From Camelus ferus (taxonomy: Eukaryota): DNA of 64,000 nucleotides. Under the pieces are notes generated by a model that saw only the letters and a program-made list of their open reading frames with translations, had not been told where the DNA came from and did no database searches. Below, piece by piece: positions 12,270-26,544 of the stretch (positions are counted from its first letter, which is position 1; the number at the start of each line of letters is the position of its first letter). The position numbers and the translations under genes are program-made. The stretch spans positions 61,940,001-62,004,000 of the forward strand of contig NC_045707.1 of assembly GCF_009834535.1 (NCBI RefSeq), read 5' to 3'.

Positions 12270-12960
12270 GCAAGGCCGTTTTAGATTGGGTAGTCAGGAA
12301 AGAAAACAAATCTATGAAGAAATTTCTTTATACCATTCAGTGTACGATGTTAAATGATGATCAATCTCCTATATGAACAAAGACCTAAGTGATGAGAGGA
12401 TGACTGCCACGGGGATAACAAGTATTCTAGGGAACATCAAATGTGAAGCCCTGATAGCATTTACTAATGAACATACTAGAGAAGGAGGGAGAGAAAGCAA
12501 GCAATCAACTGTCCAAGCAGCTAGGTCAGTGCGTTTGGGGTTGTGCCATTAGCATACGGTGAAGCCACTCACTGAGATGAGACAGACTGCATGAGATACA
12601 GGGCTGGGACAAGGATTAGAACTCAAATATGTGTTTGGTTAAGTTAATTTTGAGACACTTAATCAAGATCTATTTGAATGTGCATATGAAAAGACAGGGA
12701 TAAAGACATACATACTTGGGCGTCAGCAACACAAAGTTGATGCTGAAGGTCACTTGACTGAGTGAGATCACTAGTGAGAACATTTAAATAAAGCAAACGA
12801 CAAGCAGACAGTCAATGACTGGACCTTGGGACGGGCAACGTTAGAAGCTGAGCAGAGTAATCCTGTGGAGTGACCACTGAGCAAGGAAAACCAGGAACCT
12901 GTCATTTCCCAGAAGACAAGGTAACAGAGTATTTGATGAAGAATTAGATGGACTCTGTGT
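12270..12960 (-). mobile_element. L2 LINE fragment
   Basis: ttagattgggtagtcaggaa...agacctaagtgatgag...ttgggcgtcagcaacac...tgagatcactag...ggaaaaccagga. Confidence 0.7.
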
Positions 12961-12999
12961 TTTATTGACTTTCATGTTCATTCATTTTGAGAAGCTTCC

Positions 13000-13680
13000 A
13001 TTTGCACCTTGTAGCCATCCTACACTTAAAAGCTTGATGTGAACTTTCCATGCCTTTTCTCCTTTGTCTCACAGAATCTAGCATAATAAAGTAAATCATA
13101 TGGAGCCTGGGTGATTTCTATTCTTTCGTAGGTTTTTGTCTCATCCCCATATGCTAGGACATATGTAATTTCACTTCTTTTTTATGTGAAATATTTAGTC
13201 AGGGCATGCATGAGGTTATTTATTTATTTATTTATTTTACTATATGCCTGGAAATCCATCAATACTTTAATCTGTATTTTAATTTCTTGGTCAGTTTTCT
13301 TCAGTTGTGCCTTTGTTTATAATCATTTTAAACGCTCAGGTTTTTGTGTATCTGATAGCTAACACGTTTAAGTAGATCCTTTTGCTTTATTCCACACACG
13401 TTCTTTTCTCTAAATGATGGAGCTAACATTTATAGTTAGCACTATTTAATATTTTTAATAGATTTCCTCTATTATTTCTCATGTCAATTTTACTTATGGT
13501 TTTCAATTTGGGGTTTTCTCCTTTTGTCATTTCATGCATCCCCAATCGCATCTCTGTTATATTAAAACTGTTCATAGCGATTCATTCCTTTATGTCATAA
13601 TACTTTGTATTAATTTAAGTGTTTGGATTAATCATTTTTGTTCTGCTCTTCATTATTTTTATTGGTCCTTTTTAGTTTTT
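13000..13680 (-). mobile_element. Very old L1-like relic
   Basis: T-rich strand bias with degenerate antisense L1 5'/ORF1-like stretches. Confidence 0.35.
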
Positions 13681-14929
13681 AATAATAAAATTTAAAACAG
13701 CAAAGGAAGAATTTTTTTTACATATGTCCGCACACAGGCAGGTTGTATCCCTGAGAAACACAGTTATGACCCTGTAAGTTAAACTCCAAATCAGTGAAGA
13801 AAGTTCCTCAGGTACTTTTCACGTGTTCCGTGGTCCAAGCACTTCAGCGTGATTGAGAGGGTCACTTGTAGGCTTAAATTGCCCAACATTTGCAAGACGG
13901 TTTCAGAAGCGCTCTAGACAGAGGCGTCTGAAAAGGTCATGCTGTGTTTAATGTACTCTACTGCAGAAGTCAAGGCCAGACGACTGATTCAAAATGAAAT
14001 TTGGCTAATAGCTCCCTGTATAGCTACTCTTAACATCCCAACTTTATTAGGATCTAGGTAGACTTAAAATATCTCGGTTGAGTCTAAAGCAATAGAACCC
14101 GTGGTACCAAATACTGTTAGTTAATTGAAAGCAACTATCTGGAATGACTTTCACTCATTAATGAACAGAAAGTCTTGACATGATAAATACTTGGGTCAGC
14201 ATTTCACCATAAAATAGTCAGAATATTTATTCAATCAATACCAACTAACTACATATAGGAAATTATTTCACAATCATTGGTCTCATACAACCAGTATGTG
14301 TAAAAAGCATAATTTGTGCAATTATCTTTCTATTCTGAGATACGTGAAAAAACCCAAGAGTACCATCTCCTTCATTCCAAACCTCTATTTTGTATGTAGG
14401 AAGGGACAACAATTCTCAGAGAATAAACAGGCATAACCTGGTTGATATGTGGTCGAGAACGCTCTGGGAAGTGAATTATACAAAAGTATAATACTACAGG
14501 CTGGGAGATGAAAAATCTCAGGTTGTAAAGTTAACAGGACATGTAATTCTCAGCATGTCCGCATAAACGAGATTGGGTCAGAGTTCCTGAGGACCAGAAA
14601 ATTGCAATTGAACAAAACCCCAAAACAAAGGTCAATGTTTTCTATTGGTAACACTGAGAATGGACAAATGAAAAAAAAAAAAAAGAATCAAAGGAAAAAG
14701 GAATAAATGCCTTTTAGAAAACACGTGGGGTGAGGGCGTGAGTGGGGAAGAAACTAACAGCCAAGAAAAAGGAAAAGAAGAAGCAGTGCTGAAAATAATC
14801 TACTGCAAAATCTAGAATAAAATGTCAAGTATGTTTTTATTTGTGTTCTCAAAAGAATTTAGAATGGTTTGGCCTCTATAAAGTAGGAGCAAACAATTAT
14901 TAGGACAGAAAACACTGAAATGGAAATTC

Positions 14930-15600
14930 TTCAGGATGAGTTGAAAAGTCAACAGGATGAAAAAGATGCTTTCAGAATGAGCTGTAAAAGAAATTTGCTG
15001 TGATTATGAAAGGATGCAAGCATATCAACAAACACAGTGGGAAAATTAAATCCTCACTGGAACCAATAAAAGGTAAAATTTACATTGAGAAAAATCAAAT
15101 CACTGACCTTAAAGTCAAACTTGAAAAGTTCTCCAAGATTGCAAAGAAAGAGAATAAATACACAGGTGAGGGACGGCACTAACTATAGAAAACGAGAGGG
15201 AGGAGAGAAAATATTCTAAGGGGAAATGAAAACAAATACAAAATAAAATCTAGGTAAGATGGATTCAACATTCTTAAAATTAAATAGGATCTGTGTACTC
15301 GAACTGGTGTTTCACCTCATTCAGCACAAAATCAGAGAAAAAAGATTCGGAAATATTATGGAATGTTTTTGAATGATAAGTATAATAAAATGTTATAAGG
15401 AAGCATTCATTTTTAAAGAAGTTTTTCTACGTAGGGATAAATTTCAGGTTTGTCTAAGGTGCCTGTTTGCAGAAGACAAGGGAGAAATAACCAAGAAAGA
15501 TGCTCTGACAAGACTGTTATTCAGGCCAAGAAATACACCCCCATAATTGAAAAAAAAAAAACCTGTAAAAATCTTTTAATTCATCAAACAGCTAAATTGA
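14930..15600 (+). mobile_element. Old L1/HAL1 ORF1-like relic
   Basis: KIKSSLEPIKGKIYIEKNQITDLKVKLEKFSK resembles the ORF1p coiled coil (KNSLEGLNSRL..AEERISELED); A-rich sense strand. Confidence 0.55.
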
Positions 15601-15639
15601 GACCAAAATAACAGTATAGACATTTTTTGAATAAGGTCT

Positions 15640-15742
15640 TTGGTATCTTTCATCAGAGTTCTGTAGTTTTCCTTGTATAGATCATGTTCGTATTTTTTTT
15701 AGGTTTATACCTAAGTGTTTCATTTGGGAGGAGGTGCTAACA
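15640..15742 (-). mobile_element. L1MC/MD ORF2 fragment
   Basis: ctttcatcagagttctgtagttttccttgtatagatc...ttaggtttatacctaagtgtttcattt. Confidence 0.7.
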
Positions 15743-16762
15743 GAGTACTTTTAGAAGTATGAACAAGATGGCATTTGTCAAACTTGAGCCCTTAAAACAG
15801 AAACAAACTAAATAAAAAGAATCATAGTACAGAATACCATCAACAGTATGTTCCTCCCTTTGTTGTGATCTTTCTTATTTGTAAATGAGCATATATACTT
15901 TAAACTCATTATTTAAAAGAAAGTCTTGGTATAAAATAATGAATTAGAGTCCTGACTCTGTGAAAAAGAGTTTAGATAACTTTTACAACCTGATGATAAA
16001 ATGCTGCAACTTCAAGAACTGTTACTGGCAGAAAAGATATACATAAAATAATGAAAAAAAAACCTGTTATATAAAACACATTTTTAATTTAAAATGTTGA
16101 AGAAGCACATAACTGAATAAGCAATATATGTAAAACTCCTAACTTCTAATAAAGTTTTATTAAAAGTTTTTTCTCCTTTTATACTTCCTTTAGAGAAGTA
16201 TAAGTTATTTTGGAGCAACTACAAAAGAAACTTCTAGTAGGAATAAAAAGAGTACACATAAAGAGTGAATGAGCAAATAAAAAGTAAACACAGCCCATAC
16301 ATTGAAATTATGAAAACAGCCGATAAAGAAGAGGAATAAATAGGCAGAGTTGCAGCTTGTGTGTCTTGATTGTCCCTGTGTCCATTCACTGCTTAGTGCC
16401 CAGTTGTCACTAAGTTCATATTTGCAGAGAGAAAAACAGAAGAAAGGAAGGGACAGAGGGAAGGAAAGATGAGAGATAGGATGGAGATTAATCAGAGGTG
16501 AAAATGAGATTGCTGTGAGCATTTTTAAGGAAGAATAAGAGGAAAGTTTTCATAGTTGCCCACTCTTTGACATTTCTTTAACATTTTTATTTAGGAATTC
16601 ACAAACTCACAGTTGGAATAATGTCTTTATAGTGCATTTAAAGTTTTCTTAGTTTCCTTTCCCTTCTTCCTCAAGTAGTCTTGCTTAATACCTTCAAATT
16701 CAGCATAAAACGTCTTAAGCTATTCCCTTATGCAAATGTATTTAACACCTGCTCTGATTTTG

Positions 16763-17323
16763 TTCCTTTTGCTTATTTATTTATTTATTGAAGTGTCAGT
16801 TTACAATGTTGTGTTAGCTTCTGGTGTACAGTATAGTGGTTCAGTTATGTGTATATCTTTCTTTTCATATTCTTTTTCATTATAGGTTACTACAAGATAC
16901 TGAATATAGTTTCCTGTGGCATACAGAAGGAAACTTGTTGTATATTTATTTTATATGTAGTGGTTAGTATATGCAAATCCCAAACTCCCACTTTATCCCT
17001 TCCCCCCAGCCCCTGTAATCATAATTTTGTTTTCTATGTCTGTGAGTCTATTTCTGTTTTGTAAATAAATTCATTTGTGTCATTTTTTTTTTTTTTTAGA
17101 TTCCGGTTTTAACTGATATCATATGGTATTTTTCTTTCTCTTTCTGGCTTACTTCACTTAGTATGACAATCTCTAGGCCCATCCATTTTGCTGCAAACAG
17201 CATTATTTTGTTCTTTTTTAAGGCTGAGTAGTATTCCATTGTATAAATATACTGCAGCTTCTTTAACCAGGCATCTGTCAATGGACATTTAAGTTGTTCC
17301 ATACCTTGGCTGTTGTAAATAGT
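16763..17323 (-). mobile_element. 5'-truncated camelid-type L1 (ORF2 end + 3'UTR)
   Basis: Translates as ...KCPLTDAWLKKLQYIYTMEYYSALKKNKIMLFAAKWMGLEIVILSEVSQKEK; (TTTA)n tail; TSD cacctgc(t/a)ct(g/a)attttg at 16746-16762 and 17324-17340. Confidence 0.93.
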
Positions 17324-17587
17324 CACCTGCACTAATTTTGAAAAGTAAACTCTAGCCTCCTTAGTGAGGCATTCAAACTGTATGACCACTGTTGGATTAA
17401 AATGTGGAATTTGATGCTGTTGTAGCAGGAATCGTCTCAGAAAATATTTTTGAGATTTGCACACTGACTCAGAAATATCATTGAGAAATATTAGAAAGCA
17501 ATGTTGATAAATTGACTAATTCTAAGATGCTGAAAGGTTTAGGGGAAACTTGAAACAGTGTCATTTTTATTTTAAATTTGTCATGTC

Positions 17588-17689
17588 AAACAATGTCATT
17601 TGTTTTAAGATTTTTTATCATGCTTTTAGACATTTGCACATTTTTAAATATTAAAACTTAAAAAAATCTGAAAACAAATGACATTGTTT
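17588..17689. repeat. Inverted repeat, 29-bp arms (28/29 match), 44-bp spacer
   Basis: aaacaatgtcatttgttttaagatttttt (17588-17616) vs aaaaaatctgaaaacaaatgacattgttt (17661-17689). Confidence 0.95.
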
Positions 17690-19967
17690 TTTTATGTATA
17701 GTCAACATATATCATTAATTTGTATCAGTGTAGAAATTAAATTTTTGTCTTAAAAATTAAACTGTGATTCAGAACAGAACACGTATTAGGTGCACCAGGA
17801 GAATGCATTACTTAATGTAAGTGCTCATTCCTTTCGAATACATACACTGAATTAACCTGTGAGTTTATGAGAATATTAAATGATTGGTTTCCTTTTAGCT
17901 ATTTCTACTGATGCTGTATTTTTTTTTAAAGAGAAGATACATGTTAGGAAGTGTGGCTTATATGACTTTTTCTGTACATTATTTCACGAATGGAAGAGAA
18001 AATTCTACAGCTCTTAACAGTGAAGAACACTTATGTATCAGCCTTTTATAATTGTGAAAACAATTTCAAGTGAAGTTTACTGAAAAAAGTGTACATTTGT
18101 TCTTTCTATTAAAATGATTTCTCATGAGTTCCACTTGGAAGCAGAATAAGACACAATGACCTTCTCAACTAATTGGGACAGAATCATTTTGTTCTCTGTC
18201 TCTCTGCCCCACCAGCTCCCTCCCAGTTGCATAATTGAATGATCATCAGTCTGAACTCCAAGTCAGATGATTGTAATTAATTACAGCACAACTGACCCAC
18301 TGGTCAGTTCTCCATTTGTACTTGCCAACCTGGACCATTCATTTTCTACTAACAGACAAATTGCATTTTGTACTTCTTCACTGTGGTGCAAAAGCAAAAA
18401 AAAAAAAAGCTAATGACACAAATGGCACAGATGATACTAGAGAACACGCATTCTATTGAGAAATCTTGCCAAATTCCAAGTATGAGAAACCAAAGTGGGG
18501 CTCACTCAGAGAGCTTAAGAATGGAATTCTAACGGAATTTCATAAACGGCATTCTACCGGCAAAATAAGACATGAACTGAGCGAGACATTAGTGCTTATA
18601 ATAATCTAAAGATGTCGGCACATTCAAGTTGGGAGAATGCTTTGACAACTAACTAAATCAACAGCAAAAAGCAGTGTTTTACTTCAAAGTTTCAATGAGT
18701 GGGTGCTCTTGAGTATGATGTTTTGTATTTTTAAGCCATAATTTTGTGTAATTATAAGAAAATACATACTTGTTTAAAATTCGGAAGCTAATATGAAAGA
18801 CAAAACAAGAACAACAATACAAATTAATCGTGCAAATATAAACACGTTTTTTTTGTTTTATCAAGATCATAGTCACTGTATATAAACTTCTGTATTTGCT
18901 TTTAAATTTATGTGCACTTTTACCCACTTTTGTTTTCCTTTGCACACAAGCTTTTAAAATCCCTACTTGTGGATTAATCCCCATCACATGGATATACCAC
19001 ATGACAGCACTGAGCATGCTGTCTGAATTACAGTAAGCTCTCAAGAATTGTCGATTATTTTCTACCATGAGCAGTCTGCTTGTGCGAAGTTACTTGCTAT
19101 TATAAATAATAGTTTGATCAAAATTCTGAATATAAATATCTATCTGAATCTCTAATTCCTTGAAATAAATGCTTAAAAAGGATTTATTGGGAAGGATCTA
19201 TTTAAGGCTCTCAATGTTGAAAGTTTGTAATTATGTGTCACACTATATTGATATGATTTCCCTGTGTCTAAATGAATCTATAAAATTATAGGAAAAATAT
19301 AACTTCCTGTTTGGTATGAATTTCTTATGTTATTAGTAAGATTGATTATAGAAAATTCATTAGTTTACATTTTAATTTTTCTCTACATTGTCTACATCTC
19401 TCTGCATCTGTATTTGGAGTAAATGTCTCTTTTAGAACAAAGGTTTCCAAACTATGCTTCATGGAGACCTAGGGACCTATCTTCAGGGACCTGGGAAAAC
19501 CAGGCAACTGGGCAAAAAAGAGTGGCTGGAGAGCATGGTTGGTGTTCAGACTCTGGACCTTGAGCAGGTCTGCCCTCACCTGCTTACAATTTGGCCTTCG
19601 TCTAAAGCTCAATGTGTAGAAGATGCTTGGCAATCATTACATTTTAGTCTTAGTAACTGATTACTAATTTTAAATGGCTGTATACATTTGTAACGTATTA
19701 ACCCTGTATTCTTTATAAATATTTTCTAGTTTATCTTTAGTCATGTTTGTTGATTTGTAATGACAAGAAATTGTTATTTTTAGATAGTAAGGTATATAAA
19801 TTGATTGTATTCATAATAACCAAAAATATACAATAGTTTTTATAAACTAAGATCATTAGGTGAAAAGCACAAAACATTGCCAAGAGGTATTAGAAAAATA
19901 GTTTTAAATAAAAGGAGGGAGATAGCATGTTGTGAGCATTTATCAGCACAGATATCAACAGCTGATA

Positions 19968-20388
19968 TGTCTTAAGTCAGGTTCCGCTGGAAACAGTCTC
20001 AGAGGAAGTTTGTTTGAAAGCAGTTTATTGCTTTTGGTAACAACACAAAAAAACCATTGTAAGGAAGTGGGAAGCAAGATTAGACAGCAAGAGAATTTAA
20101 ACTCTCATCCAGTTACAACAAAAGTCTAAGCCAGTCCCATGGGGAGCTCTGCTCTGAAGCTGGAGAGGTCCTCTAGAGATGTCTTGAATTGAGGCAAAGG
20201 GTCTGGATTTTTGTCCCTCCACATTAACCAGTCATTGTGAACAGGTGCCCTAGAGAAGCAGCTTAACCTTGAGCAAATCTGAGGGGAGGAAACCACGTAT
20301 AAACTATCAGCAACCAGTATTCCCAGCAGCTTGGGTAATGAGAGCCTCTGAAAGTGGATCTGGGCTGCAGACCTTAGCATCCACTATA
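19968..20388 (-). mobile_element. ERVL solo LTR (LTR16C-like)
   Basis: tgtcttaagtcaggttccgctggaaacag...ccatggggagctctg...gaattgaggcaaaggg...ccagtcattg...cccagcagct...agcatccactata. Confidence 0.85.
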
Positions 20389-21384
20389 CTGTAAGATAGG
20401 AATTACTCTCTTAGAATGCTGTTGGCAGAATAAATTGGTATAAATTTCCTGTAAAGAAATTTTGGTAATGTAAGGAAAAATGTTTCCCAATTTGCTTCTG
20501 GAATTTTTTTTGTAATAAAATAATCAAATATATGACAAAGATTTATAGGCAAATAGACATGATTTGTATTTTTGTTCTCTATCCTCCTTTAAAGAAATAA
20601 AGTATAGAATTATACTAAACTGTAATATATAATTATATGAATAATTATTTAGCAAAGGTGTCAACCAATTGTATTGTGGTTTTATTCTTTTTTTCACTTT
20701 AAGCTACACATGACTAATCAGAATCATAGTCGTGTAATTCATTATGAATGGTATGTGTTTTACAAACAATCATTGGGAAGCGCTCTATATTAGCAGTATT
20801 GTATTTCCTCAATCCTTGTGCTAGAAGCTTGGGCCTTTTCACTCTGGAAACTGATTAAAATTGAAAGATAACCTGTTAAGCAATTTCACAGAGCCCCTGT
20901 GATGGAGCTTAGCAAACTGTCTTCTTCAATTAAATCTGAAGGCAGGTGAAACGAAAGGGCACTTGATTCATTCATTTCTGTCTACCCTCTGACTATGACA
21001 TGAGCAAATAAATTGTCTGTCAACAAATGGAGAGTACGTATCACAGTTGCTTTGTTAATAACGTTAAATTGTGGAAAGCAGTTATTTTCTCATACCCTTT
21101 CTGGAAATAGATGAGAATTCCTGCTCAGATTTCCACTTTATTTTCAGAGTAACTCTTAGTAAATGTGTTGCATAATGTATTTTAATCTCCATGAAAATTT
21201 TCCACACCAATGTAACAACACAACTGCAGCTTCATTTGTTTCTTCTTCATGGCTTAGGGTTTAAGGTCCATGTTAAATTAATCAGGTGACTTTGTGTTTT
21301 CAACTGTAATACCACAGAGTTAAGCCAGATATTCAAAAAAAACCTTTTTTTGTGTGTGCTTGACATGTAACAATTTATTGAAAA

Positions 21385-21560
21385 GGAAATATAATTGGAC
21401 TGAGGATCAGGAGTCATGGGCTTGAGTCCAGGCTCATTTCTTGTCCATGTAATCTTGACAAAGCACTTGGTTCTCTGGGCTCCACATATCTTTACTTACA
21501 AAATACAGTAAAATTATCTTTCCGTTGTTTTCTTTTTTTCCCCTAACTCTAAAATTCAAG
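21385..21560 (+). mobile_element. MIR3-like SINE
   Basis: tggactgaggatcaggagtcatgggcttgagtccaggctc...tcttgacaaagcactt...ctctgggctcc...ctctaaaattc. Confidence 0.65.
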
Positions 21561-23654
21561 CAAATATTTTAAATGCAAATCTAGACTTTAAGTATGATGA
21601 TGTATTAAGATAACAGATAAAGAAAATACGAGGTGTAAAATCATAGTGTAAAATGTGAATATGAAAATGTTAAAAAAAAAAAAAAGGACAAAGAAAAATA
21701 TGCTAAGTCTGGAAGCTCTTAAAGGCAGGGATGGTAAAGTAAAAAGTCTGGAAAGGAGTTCTCAGTGGCAGAGTCTGTTCTGATATACTTTAAATTATAG
21801 AATTAGCTGGGGGAGAATTGCTTCATTGTTTGAAAGCAATGAGAAGCAGCTTAGGGTTTGTTTATTTGTATGCAAGGAGATCAGAATGACCTAGGGGAAA
21901 AGATTTAGAAAGAAGGGCTAAGCCAAATTCTGGGGAAGATAGGAACTGCCACGTTAAAGAAGAGTTGAATGGAGAGGAAATATCACCCTAGTGTTCAAGA
22001 ACGACAGAGAGCCTGCAATGGGATGATTAAGCCTCTAATGATGAGTTATGATTGTTGCCCAGGAAAAAGAGTACTAGCACCTTAAAAAAAAAAAAAAAAA
22101 AAAAAAAAATCAGACTCCATTAGCTACTATAAACAGGAATTAGTCAAAAGAATTTTTTCCCATTTCTTTACCCTTGTGTAATTTGCACTCAGTTTTTCTC
22201 CAGGGTTAAGATAATCCAGTTGGACTAGTATGGACTGGCTTGAAGAAGCTGGTGACTTCTCGAAGAGAACAAAAGAAAGGAGGGCAGTCTGAAGGCTCTG
22301 CTATTTAGAATAGAGCTTTTCTAAATCCTTGTCGCCTGTTCTTTTTAGTGGTAGGAGCACCACTGAGAATAGCCAGGGACTGTCTTTTCCGATGTGAGCG
22401 TGCATCGATATAATGCCATCACCTTTGGAGTTTCAGTTTAATAGCTTGAGAATTAAACCATATGACAAACATATGATTTATAATATTCCAACTTGGTTTT
22501 ATAAACTGACAACAGTTTGCATTGATCCTCTCCTTTTATGAAAGCTTAGGTTTTTTTTTTTTATTGTTGCTTCTTGTTTCCTTTCAAGTTGAACACATCC
22601 AATTTATGCATCCTTCATTATTTTATTAAAGTTTTCAGAAATGTTTCCTCCCCCTCCTAAATTCCCTAAATTCTGGAGCTCTTGATGAACCATAAATTAA
22701 TCAAATAAAATTAGGAAAAAAACAATAGGGATCTTAAACCCTGTTTTTTCTTTTCTTCATGAATCAGGGCTAATTATTTAGGTCCAGTAAGACTGTAGAA
22801 TGTTAAATCCCTACATATTAAAAGGAAGTGTTTGATTTTTCTCAAGTTTTAAAATGCATGATTTTAAATGTGACATAAGATTTTATATTTTCCTGGCTAT
22901 AGCTTCTTATAAAGCCAAGTTAAAATTCTGACTAATTCCCAAATTGTTATGCAGCTGAATTCTCATGATGACCTTGTAAAATTAACTATGAAAAAATATG
23001 TAATGAATGGTACAGTATTTACATTATAACCATTCCTTAGAGAATTTACATTTTCTAGCAAGCCCAGGTAATTATTCATGATGGCAGAAAAGATTATTTT
23101 AGATGTCTATCTTTTCAGCTTATGTCTTGAATTAATAATATATGCCAAGAGAGAGAACTAATTGAAATGAGTTCATCGTTTTGAGAAGAAATAAAAGAGC
23201 TCACGAAATATTATTATAAATGCAGATGAAAGTATTTCCATCTATATTGAGCTTAGAACCAAATACACGGAATACTATGATATTGACAGTTGGGTACTTT
23301 TATTGTCTTGCTGACAAATATTTGGAATGTTCTTGTGTAATTTTCAATCTGAGTCCTTAAATTTCTCTTTGCCATGAGGTCAACAAATGTTCTAATTTGG
23401 ACATAGCAGTCAATGTTTACTGTTATTTCATAATCTAGTATATCAGGATGGTTTTTAAATATATATTAATTTTGTTATTTCATAATTATTCCCTTACTCT
23501 ACCTCAAGCTGGAAGTTCTGCCGTGACCTTCCTTGCCTTCTTTACCGCCTGGTGGAGATCAAGGGTTATTTGAGGTCACTGGCTTTTCCTTTCTTTGTGG
23601 AGAGTTTAAATGATTATGCTCAGTACCTAGGACAATACACACTAATCACACACA

Positions 23655-23878
23655 GGTGTGCAACTCTGTGCTCAGCGTAATTCTAAGTGCATCACAAACA
23701 GTCTTCCTTTTGTTTCTATCACCTTTATAAGACAGGTCGGCACTGACGTTAACTCCTTTTAAAGATGAGAACATTGTGGTTAAGTAACCTGCACAAAGGC
23801 ACAAGCTAGTGAGTGAGTGAGCCAGGGTTTAGACTCAAGCAATACTTCTTGCCCCTTGGCCATAACCACTGTACTTCC
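23655..23878 (-). mobile_element. MIR SINE
   Basis: ttttaaagatgagaacattgtggttaagtaacctgcacaaaggcacaagctagtgag. Confidence 0.8.
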
Positions 23879-24874
23879 TGTAATGTACTAAATTGTTTAT
23901 GGACGGCAGCTTGGAAAGGCAAAGATGGAGGATGAGGTTGTTCATAAGACTTGAATAAACTGCATAGCTGTTCGGGGAACCTAGTGTGACAAGACCTTCA
24001 GTACAGGGACTTGAAACTCAGCAAAGATTCTAGTGTTTCAGTTTATCATGGAAGCAGCCTGTGGCCACTGGGGATTCACCCGCTGACCACAGGCCCTCTC
24101 AGAGCTGTTGACTTTCAAGGTAGAATAATGGAGAATACAAAGATGAAAGTTCAGCTGAATATATGATTAGAATTTATAAAGAAATAGGAGAGGCAGGATT
24201 ATACTTTATGAGAACAAATGAAGACATGATTCTCACCATGGTCATCCTTCCCAACAACTTCATAGACTTTGAAGATGATTGTATTGTCATAACATCTATA
24301 TGAAAATAGACAGAAAACCAAACATTCTCAGCCTTAGAGGGTATGTTAGGAATGACATTATGATTTGGGGAGTCTTCTCCACATAAGTGAAGTTTCCTCC
24401 CAAAACTGACGATATGTTATGTTATTCAGTGAATGAAAAATCAAGGCATTCTGCTATTACCACTCATGGAAAAACAGTATAAAATATGGTAAGGATGGCT
24501 CAAAAATTCTCATGAATTACAGATAATTTTCTATCTAGAAAACTCAAGGTGATCAATTGAATATTTACTAAAATTAATCAGCAATGCTAGAAATGTGGCT
24601 GGCTATATGGCTTCCTCTTGTTTTCATTAATGCAATCATATTATGTATATTCACACAGTAAAATAAAATATACATAAGGGCACTCATCCAACTGTTAACA
24701 TGGGTTACCTTTAGGTTATAAAAGTGAGAAAATGTGAGAGGAGAGTTTTCAGTTCCTTTTTCTTTTAATAGCCTCTATATTGCTTGAATTTTTAAGAATA
24801 AAAGGTGCATTACTTTATTTTAAAAATTTAAAACAAAAATAAACTTGAGGGAAAGTTACAGCAAATTTTATCTG

Positions 24875-25047
24875 GAACACTGGTCACCAAGATTTAAAAT
24901 TCTGAACCCTAATTCTGCCTCACTACTTCTGCCCCCAGTTCCCGCCTGCTTAATCAGAATTTGTCACACAGGGCCCCAAGAATCTCCATTTTTAACAAGC
25001 TTATCCTATGCTTTTTATGCACATGAAATTAGAAAATTACTAGTTTA
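24875..25047. mobile_element. MER5-like hAT-Charlie element
   Basis: aatcagaatttg...gggccccaagaatctccatttttaacaagc...atgcacatgaaattagaaaattactagttta. Confidence 0.6.
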
Positions 25048-26544
25048 GAGGGTAGTTTTAGTGCAGATCTAGAGTCAAAAATCAGTCTGCTTTGGGGAAG
25101 GAGTGACAAAAAGATGAAAATATTGAGAAAGAAAGTAGAGAGCTCCATGGAGAAATTTTGACGGAAAGACTAAAGAGATAGGCAATTGTCCTTATTCTGG
25201 TAATTATACATTGCACTCAGGAATATTTCATTAATTAAGAAATCAAAATCACTAGAGAATAACATATTCTAACACTTGGGTACAACGGATTTTTTTTAAA
25301 ACTCTTTTTGTGCAATTGGTGGAATGAGTCTAAAGTATAAAATCAAAGGAGTAGTAGTTTGAGTTCTACTGTGATATTAACACAAGGATCTCTTTCATTT
25401 TATGTCTTTATTTCATTTCTCCAATAAAAAGACACAGTTTTTACATTGTCCACCCTACCTATAATATCTTTAAACCTCTTTCTACAAGTGGCAATATATG
25501 TGTTTTATCCAGCATTAATTTATCAGAACTTGGTATTTTTGCTCTTTTCAATATATGGAGGAATTCGCTACTTTTAATAAATCAGAACTCTGCTGATTCT
25601 CTTTGGACAGCTGGCATTCGTGTTTATAGCCTTAAAGGAAATGTGTGAACATCTGCGTTTGATGAATAACTCCATGTGTATTGTAGCTCCTTCAACAGAA
25701 ATTGTTCAGAGGTTCGGAGAGCTGGTGATAAATAATTAATGAGCACAGAAGCAATATTCCCACTTTATTGCCAGACTTAGAGGAAACACGCAGTACAAGC
25801 TGTAAACCAGGCTTTCCCCTCTCTTTTGTCTTCCCTTTGACTAGTCATTTAGTTGATTGCAGGCTCTGCCATTCAGAAGACCTCCAGGCTTATAACATAT
25901 CTTCATTTTATCTTGTCTTTAATTCATTTTGTCGAAGGAGTATCATGAATATTGAAAGCTTCTGTCCTTCAAATGTCACTGAGACATGACTTCTAAAGGC
26001 AATACTTAGGTTGGATGTGGTGGGTATGAGCCCATCTACTGTCTGTTTTTTACTTTAAAATTATTTTTTGATTTTATAAAGCTTTTTATGGTATTAAAAG
26101 AAACGGAAATTTGAAAAATTAGAACAATTAATGAAATAATTCTATGTCACTTCTATACAGATCTTAGAACCAAAGTATGAATATATCTAGCAACACAACG
26201 GTCCCACAAATTAATTCAAATTTGGAACTCTGACAAGGGTAAAGTAGCTGGAATTTAATATAAGCCTTTATGGATACAATGATATAAACACTGAGTAAAG
26301 AGATAATTTATTATAAGATAAAATCTGCCAAAGGATCCTGTATACTAACACATTATAGAAATAAAATCCACAAAATATAACTCTTCTCTGGCCTTTAATA
26401 TATTATTAACTAAAAAGATAAATTCTGATATTAATTATATTTTTAAAGCATGTATGGCTGTAAAATTTGAACTCAACACATCCCTCAAGTGTGACACTCA
26501 TTGAGACAATGAAAATATGGATTAGAAAAATAAAGCGTATACAT

